This document shows, piece by piece, positions 22,399 to 35,380 of a stretch of DNA of 64,000 bases. The position numbers were made by a program, and so were the translations under genes. Numbering within the stretch: the first letter of the stretch is position 1; every line of letters begins with the position of its first letter. The stretch lies in the NCBI RefSeq assembly GCF_002854065.1, contig NZ_CP024147.1; one strand, 5' to 3'. The DNA comes from Escherichia coli (lineage in GTDB: Bacteria > Pseudomonadota > Gammaproteobacteria > Enterobacterales > Enterobacteriaceae). Below the pieces are notes generated by a model, which made no database searches, was not told where the DNA came from, and saw only the letters and a list, made by a program, of their open reading frames with translations.

Positions 22399-22880
22399 GA
22401 AAAACTGCCATTAAGACATTGAAGTTGCTGTTTTTATACGTAGATAACAAAACGCATATTTAGCGGTTGGCAATTATCACATAATAATGTGTGTAAATTG
22501 ATGGAGGATTGATGCAAATTTGTTAATCGCAATGGTGTTAGCTGCGGTTGCGTGCTCAGAAAATAATCTACCATGAGCATGGGTTGACGATATATATTAT
22601 ATGCTTCGTTAAGATGATTGTTGTATTTCATTGAAAAATAAAGAAATATTTCCTTGATTGCATTTTGTCATCAAAAAAGACTTGGTTTTTTTTTGACTAT
22701 TCCCATCGAAGAAAACGACGCATCATCTTTAATCGATGCGCGGAAATATTTAACTTAAACAAGCGGAAATAAATAGAGCAGCTATTCAGATTATTCTTTA
22801 TGTTGGGGCTATTAAGGTTATGTTAATTGTAGCTTTGCTATGCTAGTAGTAGATTTTTGATAAATGTTTTATGGTCACAA

Positions 22881-23441
22881 ATGAACGTGAGTAAATATGT
22901 CGCTATCTTTTCCTTTGTTTTTATTCAGTTAATCAGCGTTGGTAAAGCTTTTGCTAACGCAGATGAGTGGATGACAACGTTTAGAGAAAATATTGCACAA
23001 ACCTGGCAACAGCCTGAACATTATGATTTATATATTCCTGCCATCACCTGGCATGCACGTTTCGCTTACGACAAAGAAAAAACCGATCGCTATAACGAGC
23101 GACCGTGGGGTGGCGGTTTTGGCCTGTCGCGTTGGGATGAAAAAGGAAACTGGCATGGCCTGTATGCCATGGCATTTAAGGACTCGTGGAACAAATGGGA
23201 ACCGATTGCCGGATACGGATGGGAAAGTACCTGGCGACCGCTGGCGGATGAAAATTTTCATTTAGGTCTGGGATTCACCGCTGGCGTAACGGCACGTGAT
23301 AACTGGAATTACATCCCTCTCCCGGTTCTACTGCCATTGGCCTCCGTGGGTTATGGTCCAGTGACTTTTCAGATGACCTATATTCCGGGTACCTACAACA
23401 ATGGCAATGTGTACTTTGCCTGGATGCGCTTTCAGTTTTGA
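22881..23441 (+). CDS. pagP: Lipid A palmitoyltransferase (outer-membrane beta-barrel)
   Basis: ORF 22857..23441; start set at [14 protein letters not shown] for 186 aa. Confidence 0.93.
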   Translation: MNVSKYVAIFSFVFIQLISVGKAFANADEWMTTFRENIAQTWQQPEHYDLYIPAITWHARFAYDKEKTDRYNERPWGGGFGLSRWDEKGNWHGLYAMAFKDSWNKWEPIAGYGWESTWRPLADENFHLGLGFTAGVTARDNWNYIPLPVLLPLASVGYGPVTFQMTYIPGTYNNGNVYFAWMRFQF

Positions 23442-23615
23442 GACAAATGAAGTTTTAGTAAATTCTTTAAAATCAATGAGTAAAATAATTAACATCAAAA
23501 ATAACGCGACTTTTATCACTTTTTAGTAAAGTTGCACTGGACAAAGCGTACCACAATTGGTGTACTGGTAACCGACACAGCATTTGTGTCTATTTTTCAT
23601 GTAAAGGTAATTTTG

Positions 23616-23825
23616 ATGTCTAAGATTAAAGGTAACGTTAAGTGGTTTAATGAGTCCAAAGGATTCGGTTTCATTACTCCGGAAGACGGCAGCAAAGACG
23701 TGTTCGTACACTTCTCTGCAATCCAGACTAATGGTTTTAAAACTCTTGCTGAAGGTCAGCGCGTAGAGTTCGAAATCACTAACGGTGCCAAAGGCCCTTC
23801 TGCTGCAAACGTAATCGCTCTGTAA
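23616..23825 (+). CDS. cspE: Cold-shock-domain protein CspE
   Basis: 69-aa protein [22 protein letters not shown] with RNP motifs; ATG at 23616 inside the longer track ORF. Confidence 0.95.
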
Positions 23826-23845
23826 GATACGTCAGCAAGAATTCA

Positions 23846-23874
23846 AAACCCGCTTAATCAGCGGGTTTTTTTTG
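23846..23874 (+). terminator. Rho-independent terminator downstream of cspE
   Basis: Hairpin AACCCGC-TTAATCA-GCGGGTT followed by T8. Confidence 0.75.
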
Positions 23875-23878
23875 GTCT

Positions 23879-24262
23879 TTAGTGTGCGGTTGAGGCCGAA
23901 AACAGCCAGAAAGCCAGTGCGGTCATGGCAAAAGACCCCAGAAGGTTGACGAAAACGTTCAGTAACGCCCAGCCAAAGCGGCCCTCTTGTAACAAAAACA
24001 CCACTTCTGCCGAAAATGTTGAGAAGGTTGTTAGACCGCCACAAAATCCGGTGGTGATTAATACTTTCCACACGGGATCAATGTTCGTCATCCTGCTGAA
24101 CCAGGCGAATCCCATTCCTATGATGAATGCCCCAATCAGGTTTGCTGCCAGCGTCCCCAACGGAATCGCCTGATGCAGCGGGTTAAATCGCATACTTAAC
24201 AGCCATCTCGCCACGCTTCCTGTACCACCGCCAATAAAAACTGCTAAAAGAAGTTGTAACAC
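23879..24262 (-). CDS. crcB: Fluoride ion channel (Fluc/CrcB)
   Basis: 127-aa four-TM ORF. Confidence 0.93.
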
Positions 24263-24354
24263 TGCAAAATCCTGCTATTTGATTTGTATGAGTGATAAGT
24301 GTAACGCCGAATAATCGTCGTTGGCGAATTTTACGACTCTGACAGGAGGTGGCA

Positions 24355-25143
24355 ATGCTGGTTGCTGCAGGACAGTTTGCTGTTACATCTGTGTGGGAAA
24401 AGAACGCTGAGATTTGTGCCTCGTTGATGGCGCAGGCGGCGGAAAACGACGTATCGCTGTTTGTCCTGCCGGAAGCATTGCTGGCACGCGATGATCATGA
24501 TGCAGATCTATCGGTTAAATCAGCACAGCTGCTGGAAGGCGAATTCCTCGGACGTTTACGGCGAGAAAGTAAACGTAACATGATGACGACAATTCTGACG
24601 ATTCATGTTCCTTCAACGCCGGGGCGCGCATGGAATATGCTGGTGGCACTTCAGGCAGGAAACATCGTCGCCCGTTATGCCAAACTGCATCTCTATGATG
24701 CATTTGCCATTCAGGAATCACGCCGTGTTGATGCTGGTAATGAAATCGCTCCGTTACTGGAGGTGGAAGGGATGAAGGTCGGTCTGATGACCTGTTATGA
24801 CTTACGCTTTCCAGAGCTGGCGCTGGCACAGGCATTACAGGGAGCTGAAATCCTGGTACTTCCTGCCGCCTGGGTTCGCGGGCCGCTCAAAGAGCATCAC
24901 TGGTCAACGTTGCTTGCCGCTCGTGCGCTGGATACCACCTGTTATATGGTGGCGGCGGGGGAGTGCGGGAACAAAAATATCGGGCAAAGCCGGATTATAG
25001 ATCCCTTTGGCGTCACCATTGCGGCAGCGTCAGAAATGCCTGCACTCATTATGGCGGAAGTGACGCCCGAACGTGTGCGTCAGGTGCGCGCGCAACTGCC
25101 CGTCTTAAACAACCGTCGCTTTGCGCCGCCGCAATTATTATGA
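24355..25143 (+). CDS. ybeM: Carbon-nitrogen hydrolase (nitrilase-superfamily) protein, intact in this sequence
   Basis: Uninterrupted ORF; start chosen at the ATG at 24355 with AGGAGG 5 nt upstream (the track ORF begins at a GTG at 24349). Confidence 0.85.
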
Positions 25144-25271
25144 TGTTTTTTTACTCGGCGCTTGATTCACCTTGTTACAGATTGCTATTGTGTGCGCGCG
25201 TCGAATGACCGTTAATATTCTCTGGTTTTTAAGGCGCGTTCTGTTGCCGGTTATATGTCAAGAAGGTATCT

Positions 25272-25475
25272 ATGGGTGAGATTAGTATTACCAAACTGCT
25301 GGTAGTTGCGGCGCTGGTCGTTCTGCTGTTTGGGACTAAGAAGTTACGTACGCTGGGCGGAGACCTTGGAGCGGCCATTAAAGGGTTCAAGAAGGCGATG
25401 AATGATGACGATGCTGCGGCGAAAAAAGGCGCAGACGTTGATCTTCAGGCTGAAAAGCTCTCTCATAAAGAGTGA
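25272..25475 (+). CDS. tatE: Twin-arginine translocase subunit TatE
   Basis: 67-aa TatA/E-family ORF ([26 protein letters not shown]). Confidence 0.95.
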   Translation: MGEISITKLLVVAALVVLLFGTKKLRTLGGDLGAAIKGFKKAMNDDDAAAKKGADVDLQAEKLSHKE

Positions 25476-25516
25476 CGTGGCGAGCAGGACGCTCCCTCAA
25501 TATCTTGTTCGATACA

Positions 25517-25546
25517 AAAAACCCGCTTCAAAAAGCGGGTTTTTTA
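25517..25546. terminator. Bidirectional rho-independent terminator between tatE and lipA
   Basis: Hairpin CCCGCTT-CAAA-AAGCGGG flanked by an A6 run on one side and a T6 run on the other. Confidence 0.7.
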
Positions 25547-25575
25547 TCAGACAGATGTAAGTAATTATTACAGGA

Positions 25576-26541
25576 TTACTTAACTTCCATCCCTTTCGCC
25601 TGCAAATCGGCGTGGTAAGAAGAGCGGACAAACGGACCGCATGCAGCATGGGTAAAGCCCATCGCCAGCGCTTCGGCTTTCATTTCGTCGAACTCATCCG
25701 GGCTAACGTAACGTTGAACCGGCAGGTGATGGCGGCTTGGCTGCAAATATTGCCCCAGCGTTAACATCGTCACACCATGACGGCGCAGGTCGCGCATTAC
25801 CTCAATAATTTCTTCATTGGTTTCACCCAGTCCCACCATCAGACCAGACTTGGTCGGGATTTCCGGATGTGCTTCTTTAAAGCGTTCCAGCAGCTTCAGC
25901 GACCAGTTGTAATCTGCACCAGGCCGTACCTGACGGTAAATACGCGGTACGTTTTCCAGGTTATGGTTGAACACATCTGGTGGCGTTGCAGTCAGAATAT
26001 CCAGAGCACGATCCATACGACCGCGGAAATCCGGCACCAGAGTTTCAATTTTGATTTGCGGGCTTTTTTCCCGAATGGCAGTAATGCAATCCGCAAAGTG
26101 CTGGGCACCGCCATCGCGCAGGTCATCACGGTCAACGGAGGTGATAACCACATAACGCAGCGCCATATCGGCAATGGTCTGCGCCAGTTTCACTGGCTCA
26201 TTGGCATCAGGAGCTACCGGCCGACCGTGGGCAACGTCACAGAACGGACAACGGCGGGTACAAATAGCGCCGAGGATCATAAACGTTGCTGTGCCGTGGT
26301 TGAAGCATTCCGCCAGGTTAGGGCAGGAGGCTTCCTCGCAGACAGAATGCAGGCCATTTTTGCGCATTGCGGCTTTGATGCCCTGGATACGTGTAGAGTC
26401 CGCTGGAAGCTTGATTTTCATCCATTCCGGCTTGCGCAGCAGGGCTTCGCGCTCTGTTGCCACGTTTTTAACCGGGATAAGGGCCATCTTATCGGCATCG
26501 CGGTATTTAACACCGCGTTCCATCACAATGGGTTTACTCAT
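25576..26541 (-). CDS. lipA: Lipoyl synthase (radical SAM)
   Basis: 321-aa ORF with cysteine motifs for two Fe-S clusters. Confidence 0.96.
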
Positions 26542-26749
26542 AGCGTGCGTGTTCCAGTTGCGAATTACGAAGGAAAGCGTTTCAATTCAATAGATTGTTG
26601 TAATTATCAACTATTTTTGAATTAACGACTGGCAGTATATCATTGAAACGGACCTGAAAGCAGCCAAAGCGGTCGCGAAAATGTAAAATTGTTGTTGGAT
26701 TGTGCCATTTTATCGTTCTGCGCTGTGATCTGGCTGTAACAATACTTTT

Positions 26750-27702
26750 TCAAAATGCATTACGGATAACATCTATTACTCCGTGCAGGATGGGATCACG
26801 CAGGCTGAATTTGTTGTAGTGGATAGAGAAATCTATTTGCTCCTCATTTAAGGACGGAAAAGGCAGTTTTTCCAGCGGCCAGCAACGGCTAAACAGGTTA
26901 TAAAAACGGCTGGGAATAATCGCTAACATGTCACTGTTGGCAACCAGTGCAGCGATTGTCAAAATGTTGTAGCTGGTGAAGCTGATCTGCCGGTCCGGAA
27001 ACATCTCTTGAATTCTCTGCCGCAGACCGCTGAAATTTTGTCCTTCCGGTAACAGGAGTACATGTGCAGCGTTGTCGATAGTCTCTCTGTCATCTTCTAA
27101 AGAGAGTAGTGGATTTCCCTCGCGGCAAATTAACACCATATTGTCGGTGAACAGAACATGATGTTGCACCGTACGATTGGTGCAAAACATGTTATCGATG
27201 ATGAGATCGGTTTGAAACTGACTGAGTTGGTTTTCCGCGTCGCTGATGGGAGGGTTGCGCAGTAAAAGCTGCGGATAGTGAGTTTTAATCGCCCGATAAA
27301 TGACAGGAAGGACCAGGGCTCCGACCGAGGGGGTGGTCGCGATAGTTATCGTTCGTTGCTTATCATAGCTTCCTTCGATATCCAGCGCGCCAAGAATGGA
27401 TTCAAGGCCCTGACTGATATACTCATGTAGATGCATCGCAAATGCGGTAGGAGTGACACCCTGGCCTTTGCGAATAAACAATGGGTCAGGGATATAACGC
27501 GCAGTTTCTGTATAGACTGACTGATTGCCGAGGGGGTCAGATTAAGCACTTTCGCTGCATTAACGATCCCTTTATGTACATATACAGCTTCAAAAATAGT
27601 CAGAAGGTTAAGATCAATATTTCGTAAGGTTGTAAATATTTGTGGTTTACCTTCTGACGACTTTCTGCTTAAACAGGGTTCGATTTGATTATTACTATCC
27701 AC
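26750..27702 (-). pseudogene. ybeF: LysR-family transcriptional regulator split by an apparent 1-bp frameshift
   Basis: N-terminal HTH ORF (27346..27702) and C-terminal substrate-binding-domain ORF (26750..27481) are adjacent in different frames and together reconstitute one LysR-type protein; the frame changes near 27489-27496. Confidence 0.7.
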
Positions 27703-27961
27703 GCACTTACTCCAATTTTATTCATGGAAAAATAATATTTAAAAAAATTACAATAATCTTATGTCTAATTGGAACGGAACGCTTTTGCTCACCATAATCA
27801 ACTATTTCAATAAGTTAATCAATGGGGTGAGTTACGGAGCAAGGCGTAGCATCGCATTTCTGCAAGTGATAAAGAAAATATACAAACGCGAAGGAGATGT
27901 AAAGCATTAGCAGGTGTTATGAGTAATGACCCAGTGTAAATTGGGCCATTGAGGTATGAAA

Positions 27962-28603
27962 TTAAGCGGTAATATATTCGAAGTCAGGATTGTTTAGTAG
28001 CGCTAAAATATTTTCCAGTAAACGTGGTGCAATATTATTAGTCGTCGCTTCGGGTTTCCATTGTGATATTTTAGCCATTTCCATTCCGGCATACCCACAA
28101 GGATTAATACGTAAAAATGGTGAAAGATCCATATTGACGTTTAATGCCAGACCGTGGAATGAACAACCGCGTCGAATACGTAAACCCAGTGAGCAAATTT
28201 TCTTTTCCCCAACATAGACACCTGGCGCGTCAGCCCGAGGATGCGCTTCTATACCCAGTTCAGCCAGGGTATTCACCACTGTTTGCTCAAGCAAGGTCAC
28301 CAGTTCACGCACACCGAGTTTACGGCGTTTCAGGTTAAGCAATACATACATCACCTGTTGCCCCGGCCCGTGATAAGTCACCTGCCCACCGCGATCGCTC
28401 TGAATCACCGGAATATCACCCGGCATTAAAATGTGCTCCGCTTTTCCTGCTTGCCCTTGGGTGAATACCGGATAGTGCTCGACCAGCCAGATTTCATCAA
28501 GGGTACTATCATCGCGGGTATCGGTGAATTCATGCATAGCCTGGGAGATTGGCTCGTAAGGCTGAAGACCGAGCTGGCGGACAAGAATTTTATCCTGATA
28601 CAA
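27962..28603 (-). CDS. lipB: Octanoyltransferase (lipoate-protein ligase B)
   Basis: 213-aa ORF. Confidence 0.93.
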
Positions 28604-28703
28604 AACGGCATCTCCGTGGAGAATGAGTAAAAGTGGGGGAAAAGTATATCACAGCGAGGAGAGGGGAGTTACCCGACCAGGGGCCGGGTAACGGAGAAGC
28701 GAG

Positions 28704-28967
28704 TTACAGAACCATGCGGACAATATCGATTTTGCCCAGTTCTTCATACAGTGTTTCAACCTGCTCGATATGAGTGGCGTTGATAGTGATAGATACCGAG
28801 TGGTAGTTGCCTTTGCTGCTTGGTTTTACCGTTGGGGTGTAGTCACCTGGCGCATGGCGCTGTACCACTTCAACCACCTGATCAACCAGCTCAGGTAACG
28901 CCTGCCCCATAACTTTGTAAGTAAAAGGAGTAGGGAATTCAAGCAGTTCGTTAAGTTTGGTTTTCAT
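28704..28967 (-). CDS. ybeD: UPF0250 family protein
   Basis: 87-aa ORF. Confidence 0.9.
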
Positions 28968-29076
28968 GTCAGCTCCGGCGTAACGTAATTAAATAGCAAC
29001 TCCCGCCAGAAGGCGGGAGTTTTTTACTGATGCTTAGTATATGGGGACGAAAATTACACTTTCAAGTGTTCGATTT

Positions 29077-30288
29077 TTAACCAAACCAGTGATGGAACAT
29101 TAATTTAATGTAATCAATGATTTTGCCGAAGAAGTTACCTTCCGGGATTTCTTGCAACACAACCAGCGGGCGTTGTTCGATTGTTTTGCCATCAAGCTGG
29201 AAGTTGATAGTTCCTACGACCTGATTCTTTTGCAGCGGCGCATGCAATTCACTGCTGTTCAGCACATAGCTGGCTTTCAGATCTTTCATGCGACCACGCG
29301 GAATGGTCAGGTACACGTCTTTATCAACCCCTAACGAAGCGCGATCAGAATCACCAAACCAAACCGGTTCAGAGGCGAACTCTTTACCTACTTTCAGTGG
29401 GTTAACGGTTTCGAAGAAACGGAAGCCCCAGGTTAGCAGTTTTTTACTTTCGGCTTCACGGCCTTTAAAAGTACGTCCGCCCATCACCGCAGAGATCAAG
29501 CGCATCTGGCCTTCAGTCGCAGAAGCAACAAGGTTGTAACCTGCTTTGTCAGTGTGTCCGGTTTTGATGCCATCGACATTCAGGCTGTTATCCCATAACA
29601 GGCCGTTACGGTTCAGCTGGCGAATACCGTTAAACGTAAATTCTTTTTCTTTATAGATCGAGTATTCATTCGGTACGTCACGGATCAATGCCTGGCCGAT
29701 CAGCGCCATATCGCGCGCGGAGCTGTACTGACCATCAGCATCCAGACCATGTACCGTCTGGAAGTGGGTATTTTTCAGGCCCAGGGCGTTAACGTAGCTG
29801 TTCATCAAGCCAACAAAAGCGTCCTGGCTACCAGCGGCAAAATCGGCCATGGCGACACAAGCATCGTTACCCGATTGCAGGTTTATACCGCGGATCAGCT
29901 GAGAAACCGGAACCTGCATGCCCGGTTTGAGGAACATCAGCGAAGAACCTTTAAACACCGGGTTACCGGTGGCCCATGCGTCGTTGCCGATAGTGACTAA
30001 ATCAGTTTCTTTAAATTTACCGGCTTTCATTGCCTGGCCGATAACGTAACTGGTCATCATTTTGGTCAGGCTGGCAGGATCGCGGCGGACATCTGCGTTC
30101 TGTTCGGCGAGCACTTTGCCGGAGTTATAGTCAATCAGGATGTAGGACTCCGCGTCGATCTGCGGTACACCCGGGATCATAGTTTTGATATTCAGGTCAT
30201 CGGCATGTGCAGCAGAGATAAAGGCTGTGCAAAGAGCCGTGGTGAGCGCCAGGCGCTTCATGATACGAGCGGAAAAAATGGTATTCAT
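29077..30288 (-). CDS. dacA: D-alanyl-D-alanine carboxypeptidase, penicillin-binding protein 5
   Basis: 403-aa ORF with signal peptide and the active-site motif SLTK. Confidence 0.95.
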
Positions 30289-30427
30289 GGTCTGAACTAC
30301 GACATCCGTGATGGAATTAAAAAAAGTGCCCTACTATAGCAAATGCACTACCGGCAGGCATCTGACTTTCCGCGTGACTTTGTTAACGTCATTTACAGAA
30401 ATTGACACATCAGATGCCTGCTTTACG

Positions 30428-31516
30428 CTACTGCGCGGTGGTAATAAATGACTGTAATTGGGCTTCGGTTTGCAAACGTTGCTGCAAGGTACTGGCTTCG
30501 GCTTTGTTGGCGAATGGGCCAAGCTGGATCCGCCAGACCGCGCCATTTTGAGTTACGCGACCGGGGACGCCGAACTTCTGTCCCAGTTGCTGTTGGTACT
30601 GTTGCGCACGAGCCTGATCGCTTACGGCCCCGACCTGCACCATAAAGTTGCCGCTGGCGCTTTGCGAGGCGGCTTGCGGTGTCACCATTGCAGGCGAGGT
30701 TGCAGGCGTTGTCGACGGAGCTGTAACAACGGGCTGTGGCGCAGGCGTCGGTTCGCTGCCTTCCAGTACACCTGGCGCTAAGGTCGTTGGTGCGCCGAGG
30801 AAACCGCTACTGGTTACCGGCGCGCCGGTCGGATCTTCGCTTTTTAGCGTCGAATTACTGACCGGAAGAATGTCACCCTGCGGGCCAGACACTGAACTTG
30901 TTCCCGCGCCACCGCTTAAATCGGGAGGTGCAGGCAGGGCGTAAGTCTGTTTGGCGACTGTGGTACAAGCCATACCAGGACCAGAAAGCGAACCATCCTG
31001 GGCGACAATAATCGGATCTATACGAACTTTGGTGTTGTTGGACGTGTTAAGACGGTCAGCTGCCGCGCGAGAAAGCGAAATAACGCGGTCGTTGCCGTAA
31101 GGGCCGCGATCATTAATGCGCACCACGATCATTCGCCCGTTAGCCAGGTTAGTGATTCTGGCGTAGCTGGGGATCGGAAGCGTTGGATGGGCCGCCGTCA
31201 GCTGTGTCGGATCGAAAGCTTCGCCAGAGGCCGTCAGGTTACTGCCTGGTTCGGCATCATAGATTGCCGCCAGTCCCGCCTGGCTAAATCGAGACGGATC
31301 CTGCACGATTTTGTAGCTTTTACCGTCGCGCTGGTAATCCTGATTTGCCGTCGCGTTCAGTGGTTCGAAACGCGGGTCCGCCCCGCTAATTTCAACTATG
31401 GGGCCGTTACATACCGCAGGCTGCGGTACACTTACCGTCTGTTGCTGACCATCATCGCTTGTACATGCCGCGAGCATTCCTGCCGCGATGCAGATCCCGA
31501 GCCACTGCTTACGCAT
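30428..31516 (-). CDS. rlpA: Septal lytic transglycosylase / rare lipoprotein A
   Basis: 362-aa ORF with a lipoprotein signal (LAAC) and a C-terminal SPOR domain. Confidence 0.93.
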   Translation of the reverse strand: MRKQWLGICIAAGMLAACTSDDGQQQTVSVPQPAVCNGPIVEISGADPRFEPLNATANQDYQRDGKSYKIVQDPSRFSQAGLAAIYDAEPGSNLTASGEAFDPTQLTAAHPTLPIPSYARITNLANGRMIVVRINDRGPYGNDRVISLSRAAADRLNTSNNTKVRIDPIIVAQDGSLSGPGMACTTVAKQTYALPAPPDLSGGAGTSSVSGPQGDILPVSNSTLKSEDPTGAPVTSSGFLGAPTTLAPGVLEGSEPTPAPQPVVTAPSTTPATSPAMVTPQAASQSASGNFMVQVGAVSDQARAQQYQQQLGQKFGVPGRVTQNGAVWRIQLGPFANKAEASTLQQRLQTEAQLQSFITTAQ

Positions 31517-31526
31517 TGCGCACCTC

Positions 31527-32639
31527 TTACACGCTTTTCGACAACATTTTCCTGTGGGTGTGGATTGACATTACAATCCCGAACCCAGCCATCAGCACAA
31601 TTAGCGCCGATCCTCCATAACTGACCAGTGGGAGCGGAACCCCTACAACCGGCAGAATACCGCTTACCATACCAATATTTACGAAGACATAAACGAATAA
31701 TATCAGCATTAAGCCACCAGCCATGACGCGACCAAAGGTGGTTTGCGCTCTGGCGGCTATCCACAGCCCGCGCATGATCAGCAGAATGTAGAGAGCGAGC
31801 AGAATCAGAATGCCCACTAATCCCAGCTCTTCCGCCAGTACCGCGAAGATAAAGTCAGTATGGCGTTCGGGGAGAAATTCAAGCTGTGACTGAGTGCCGT
31901 GCAGCCAGCCTTTGCCGCGTAATCCGCCGGAGCCAATAGCAATTTTAGACTGAATAATGTGATAGCCCGCGCCGAGTGGGTCTGATTCCGGGTCCAGGAG
32001 CATCATTACGCGCTGGCGCTGGTAATCATGCATCAGGAAGAACCACAGAATCGGAATGAACGCCGCTACCAGCACTACTGCGACGCCAATCAGACGCCAG
32101 CTAAGGCCAGAGAGGAACAGTACAAACAGACCGGAAAGCGCAACGAGGATTGATGTTCCCAGGTCAGGCTGTGCAGCCACCAGCAGCGTGGGCATAAATA
32201 TCAGCACCAGCGCGATGCCAGTGTTCTTCAACGATGGCGGGCAAACGTCGCGGTTGATAAAGCGCGCAACCATCAGTGGTACGGCTATTTTGGCAATTTC
32301 CGACGGCTGAAAACGAACAATACCGAGGTCCAGCCAGCGTTGAGCGCCTTTAGAGATGGCACCGAAAGCATCTACCGCCACCAGCAAAATAATACAGATG
32401 ATATAGAGATAGGGGGCCCAGCCTTCATAAACGCGTGGAGGAATTTGCGCCATCACCACCATGATGACCAGACCCATCGCGATTTGGCCGATTTTACGCT
32501 CCATCATGCCAATATCCTGACCGCTGGCGCTCCAGATAACCAGGGCGCTGTAAACCAGCAATGCCAGTAAAATCAGCAGCATTGTGGGATCGAGATGGAC
32601 TTTATCCCAGAATGTTTTTTTATTCGGATTATCCGTCAT
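31527..32639 (-). CDS. mrdB: Peptidoglycan polymerase RodA (SEDS family)
   Basis: 370-aa polytopic membrane ORF. Confidence 0.95.
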   Translation of the reverse strand: MTDNPNKKTFWDKVHLDPTMLLILLALLVYSALVIWSASGQDIGMMERKIGQIAMGLVIMVVMAQIPPRVYEGWAPYLYIICIILLVAVDAFGAISKGAQRWLDLGIVRFQPSEIAKIAVPLMVARFINRDVCPPSLKNTGIALVLIFMPTLLVAAQPDLGTSILVALSGLFVLFLSGLSWRLIGVAVVLVAAFIPILWFFLMHDYQRQRVMMLLDPESDPLGAGYHIIQSKIAIGSGGLRGKGWLHGTQSQLEFLPERHTDFIFAVLAEELGLVGILILLALYILLIMRGLWIAARAQTTFGRVMAGGLMLILFVYVFVNIGMVSGILPVVGVPLPLVSYGGSALIVLMAGFGIVMSIHTHRKMLSKSV

Positions 32640-32641
32640 GA

Positions 32642-34543
32642 TTAATGGTCCTCCGCTGCGGCAACCGCTGGATTTTCCGCAGGCAGATCGGTGTTGTTAT
32701 CACCCAGCATAATGTGGTCGAGGATCTGGCGCATCAGCGTACCAACCGCCGGACCCGCGCCGCCGTTCTCCAGAATCATGGCGACAGCCACTTGCGGATT
32801 GTTGTATGGCGCAAAGGCGGTCATCAGTTTGTGGTCACGTAAACGCTCGGCAATTTTGTGCGCATTATAGGTTTCGTTCGCTTTCAGACCGAAGACCTGA
32901 GCGGTACCAGATTTCGCCGCAATTTTGTACGGTGCGCTGGCAAAGTATTTATGCGCCGTACCGTTAGGGCGGTTAGCAACACCGTACATACCGTCTTTCG
33001 CCAGCTCCCAGTAACCGGAATGAATATCGCCAACGGGCGGTTCATGCGGTTGTACCCATGGCACCTGTTTGCCGTCTTCGGCGGTGCTCATCAGCAAATG
33101 CGGAACCTTCACGATACCGTCATTAATCAGGATCATCAGTGCCTTACTCATCTGGATTGGGGTCGCTGTCCAGTAACCCTGACCGATACCAACCGGAATG
33201 GTGTCACCCTGATACCACGGTTTTTTAAAGCGTTTCTGTTTCCATTCGCGGGTAGGCATGTTGCCGGAACGTTCTTCCGCCAGGTCGATACCGGTATAAT
33301 GACCATAACCGAATTTACCCATCCATTCGGAGAGGCGATCGATCCCCATATCGTAGGCCACCTGATAGAAGAAGGTATCCGCAGATTCTTCCAGCGATCT
33401 TGTGACATTCAGACGCCCGTGGCCCCATTTTTTCCAGTCACGATAACGTTTTTCCGAACCTGGCAGTTGCCACCAGCCTGGGTCAAACAGCGTCGTATTG
33501 CGCGTGATCACCCCGGCGCTCAATGCCGAAACCGCCACATAGGGTTTAACTGTAGACGCGGGAGGATAAACCCCCTGTGTGGCGCGGTTCACCAGCGGTG
33601 TATTCGGGTCGTTCAACAAGGCGGAATAATCTTTGCTGGAGATACCGTCAACAAACAGGTTTGGGTCATAACTAGGCGTGGAAACCAGCGCCAGCACCCC
33701 ACCTGTACGCGGATCGGTGACTACCACAGCTGCGCGGCTACCCGCCAGCAGCGTTTCAATATATTGCTGGAGTTTGAGATCCAGCGTCAGGTAAATATCG
33801 TGTCCGGCTTGCGGTGGTACTTCTTTTAACTGGCGGATAACACGCCCACGGTTGTTAACTTCAACCTCTTCATAACCAGTCTGACCGTGCAGCACGTCTT
33901 CATAGTAACGCTCAATGCCCAGCTTACCTATATCATGCGTTGCCGCATAGTTGGCCAGTTTGCCGTCATTATTCAGGCGTTCGACGTCTTTATCGTTGAT
34001 TTTCGACACATAGCCGATGACGTGGGTCAACGCCGAACCGTAAGGATAGTAACGACGTTTATAGCCCTTAACTTCAACACCCGGAAAACGGTACTGATTG
34101 ACGGCAAAGCGAGCTACTTGTACTTCGGTCAGGTTAGTTTTCACCGGAATGGAGGTGAAACGGTGTGAACGTGCGCGCTCTTTTCGGAATGCAGCAATAT
34201 CGTCATCGGTCAGATCTACCACGCTGCGCAAAGCGTCCAGCGTTTGCTGCACGTTATCGACTTTCTCCGGCATCATTTCTATCTGGTAGATAGTGCGGTT
34301 GAGAGCCAGAGGGATACCATTACGGTCATAGATAATGCCGCGGCTGGGTGCGATAGGCACCAGCTTAATGCGGTTTTCATTAGAGCGGGTCTGGTAGTCG
34401 GTAAAGCGAACAATTTGCAGATTATACAGGTTGGCGATAAGCACGCCGGTCAGCAGCAAAATCCCCAAAAAGGCGACCAGCGCCCGGCGCACAAACAGCG
34501 CGGACTCTGCCGTATAGTCGCGAAAAGAGTTCTGTAGTTTCAT
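32642..34543 (-). CDS. mrdA: Penicillin-binding protein 2 (elongasome transpeptidase)
   Basis: 633-aa ORF with the motif STVKP. Confidence 0.95.
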   Translation of the reverse strand: MKLQNSFRDYTAESALFVRRALVAFLGILLLTGVLIANLYNLQIVRFTDYQTRSNENRIKLVPIAPSRGIIYDRNGIPLALNRTIYQIEMMPEKVDNVQQTLDALRSVVDLTDDDIAAFRKERARSHRFTSIPVKTNLTEVQVARFAVNQYRFPGVEVKGYKRRYYPYGSALTHVIGYVSKINDKDVERLNNDGKLANYAATHDIGKLGIERYYEDVLHGQTGYEEVEVNNRGRVIRQLKEVPPQAGHDIYLTLDLKLQQYIETLLAGSRAAVVVTDPRTGGVLALVSTPSYDPNLFVDGISSKDYSALLNDPNTPLVNRATQGVYPPASTVKPYVAVSALSAGVITRNTTLFDPGWWQLPGSEKRYRDWKKWGHGRLNVTRSLEESADTFFYQVAYDMGIDRLSEWMGKFGYGHYTGIDLAEERSGNMPTREWKQKRFKKPWYQGDTIPVGIGQGYWTATPIQMSKALMILINDGIVKVPHLLMSTAEDGKQVPWVQPHEPPVGDIHSGYWELAKDGMYGVANRPNGTAHKYFASAPYKIAAKSGTAQVFGLKANETYNAHKIAERLRDHKLMTAFAPYNNPQVAVAMILENGGAGPAVGTLMRQILDHIMLGDNNTDLPAENPAVAAAEDH

Positions 34544-34573
34544 CCGCTGCGTTTTCTACTCAAAGCTCCCTTA

Positions 34574-35041
34574 TCACTCACGGTGATAAGGATGGTTGGT
34601 GGTGATGCTCCACGCCCGGTACAGACTCTCTGCGACCAGCACGCGAACCAGCGGATGGGGGAGGGTAAGCGCCGACAGCGACCAGCTCTGCTCCGCCGCC
34701 GCTTTACAGGCAGGCGACAACCCTTCAGGCCCGCCAATCAGTAGACTGACGTCGCGACCATCCAGCTTCCAGCGTTCCAGCTCAGCGGCTAACTGCGGCG
34801 TATCCCAGGGCTTGCCTGGAATATCTAGGGTGACAATGCGGTTTTTGCCTGCGGCCGCCAACATCTGCTCACCCTCTTTGTCGAGTATGCGCTTGATGTC
34901 CGCATTCTTGCCGCGTTTTCCGGCCGGAATTTCAATCAGCTCGAAGGGCATATCTTTCGGAAAACGACGCAGGTACTCGGTAAAACCGGTTTGTACCCAG
35001 TCCGGCATTTTCGTTCCCACGGCGACAAGTTGCAGCTTCAC
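34574..35041 (-). CDS. rlmH: 23S rRNA (pseudouridine1915-N3)-methyltransferase
   Basis: 155-aa ORF. Confidence 0.93.
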
Positions 35042-35044
35042 GCA

Positions 35045-35380
<336 letters not shown>

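Noticed and set aside
22434-22631. 65-aa minus-strand ORF in the dcuC-pagP intergenic region
   Set aside because: No ribosome-binding site and low-complexity AT-rich sequence, so it is more likely regulatory DNA than coding. I also looked for a PhoP box upstream of pagP here and could not identify a convincing direct repeat with the expected spacing, so none is reported.
25777-26625. 282-aa plus-strand ORF
   Set aside because: Antisense to lipA; no ribosome-binding site and low-complexity translation. Shadow ORF.
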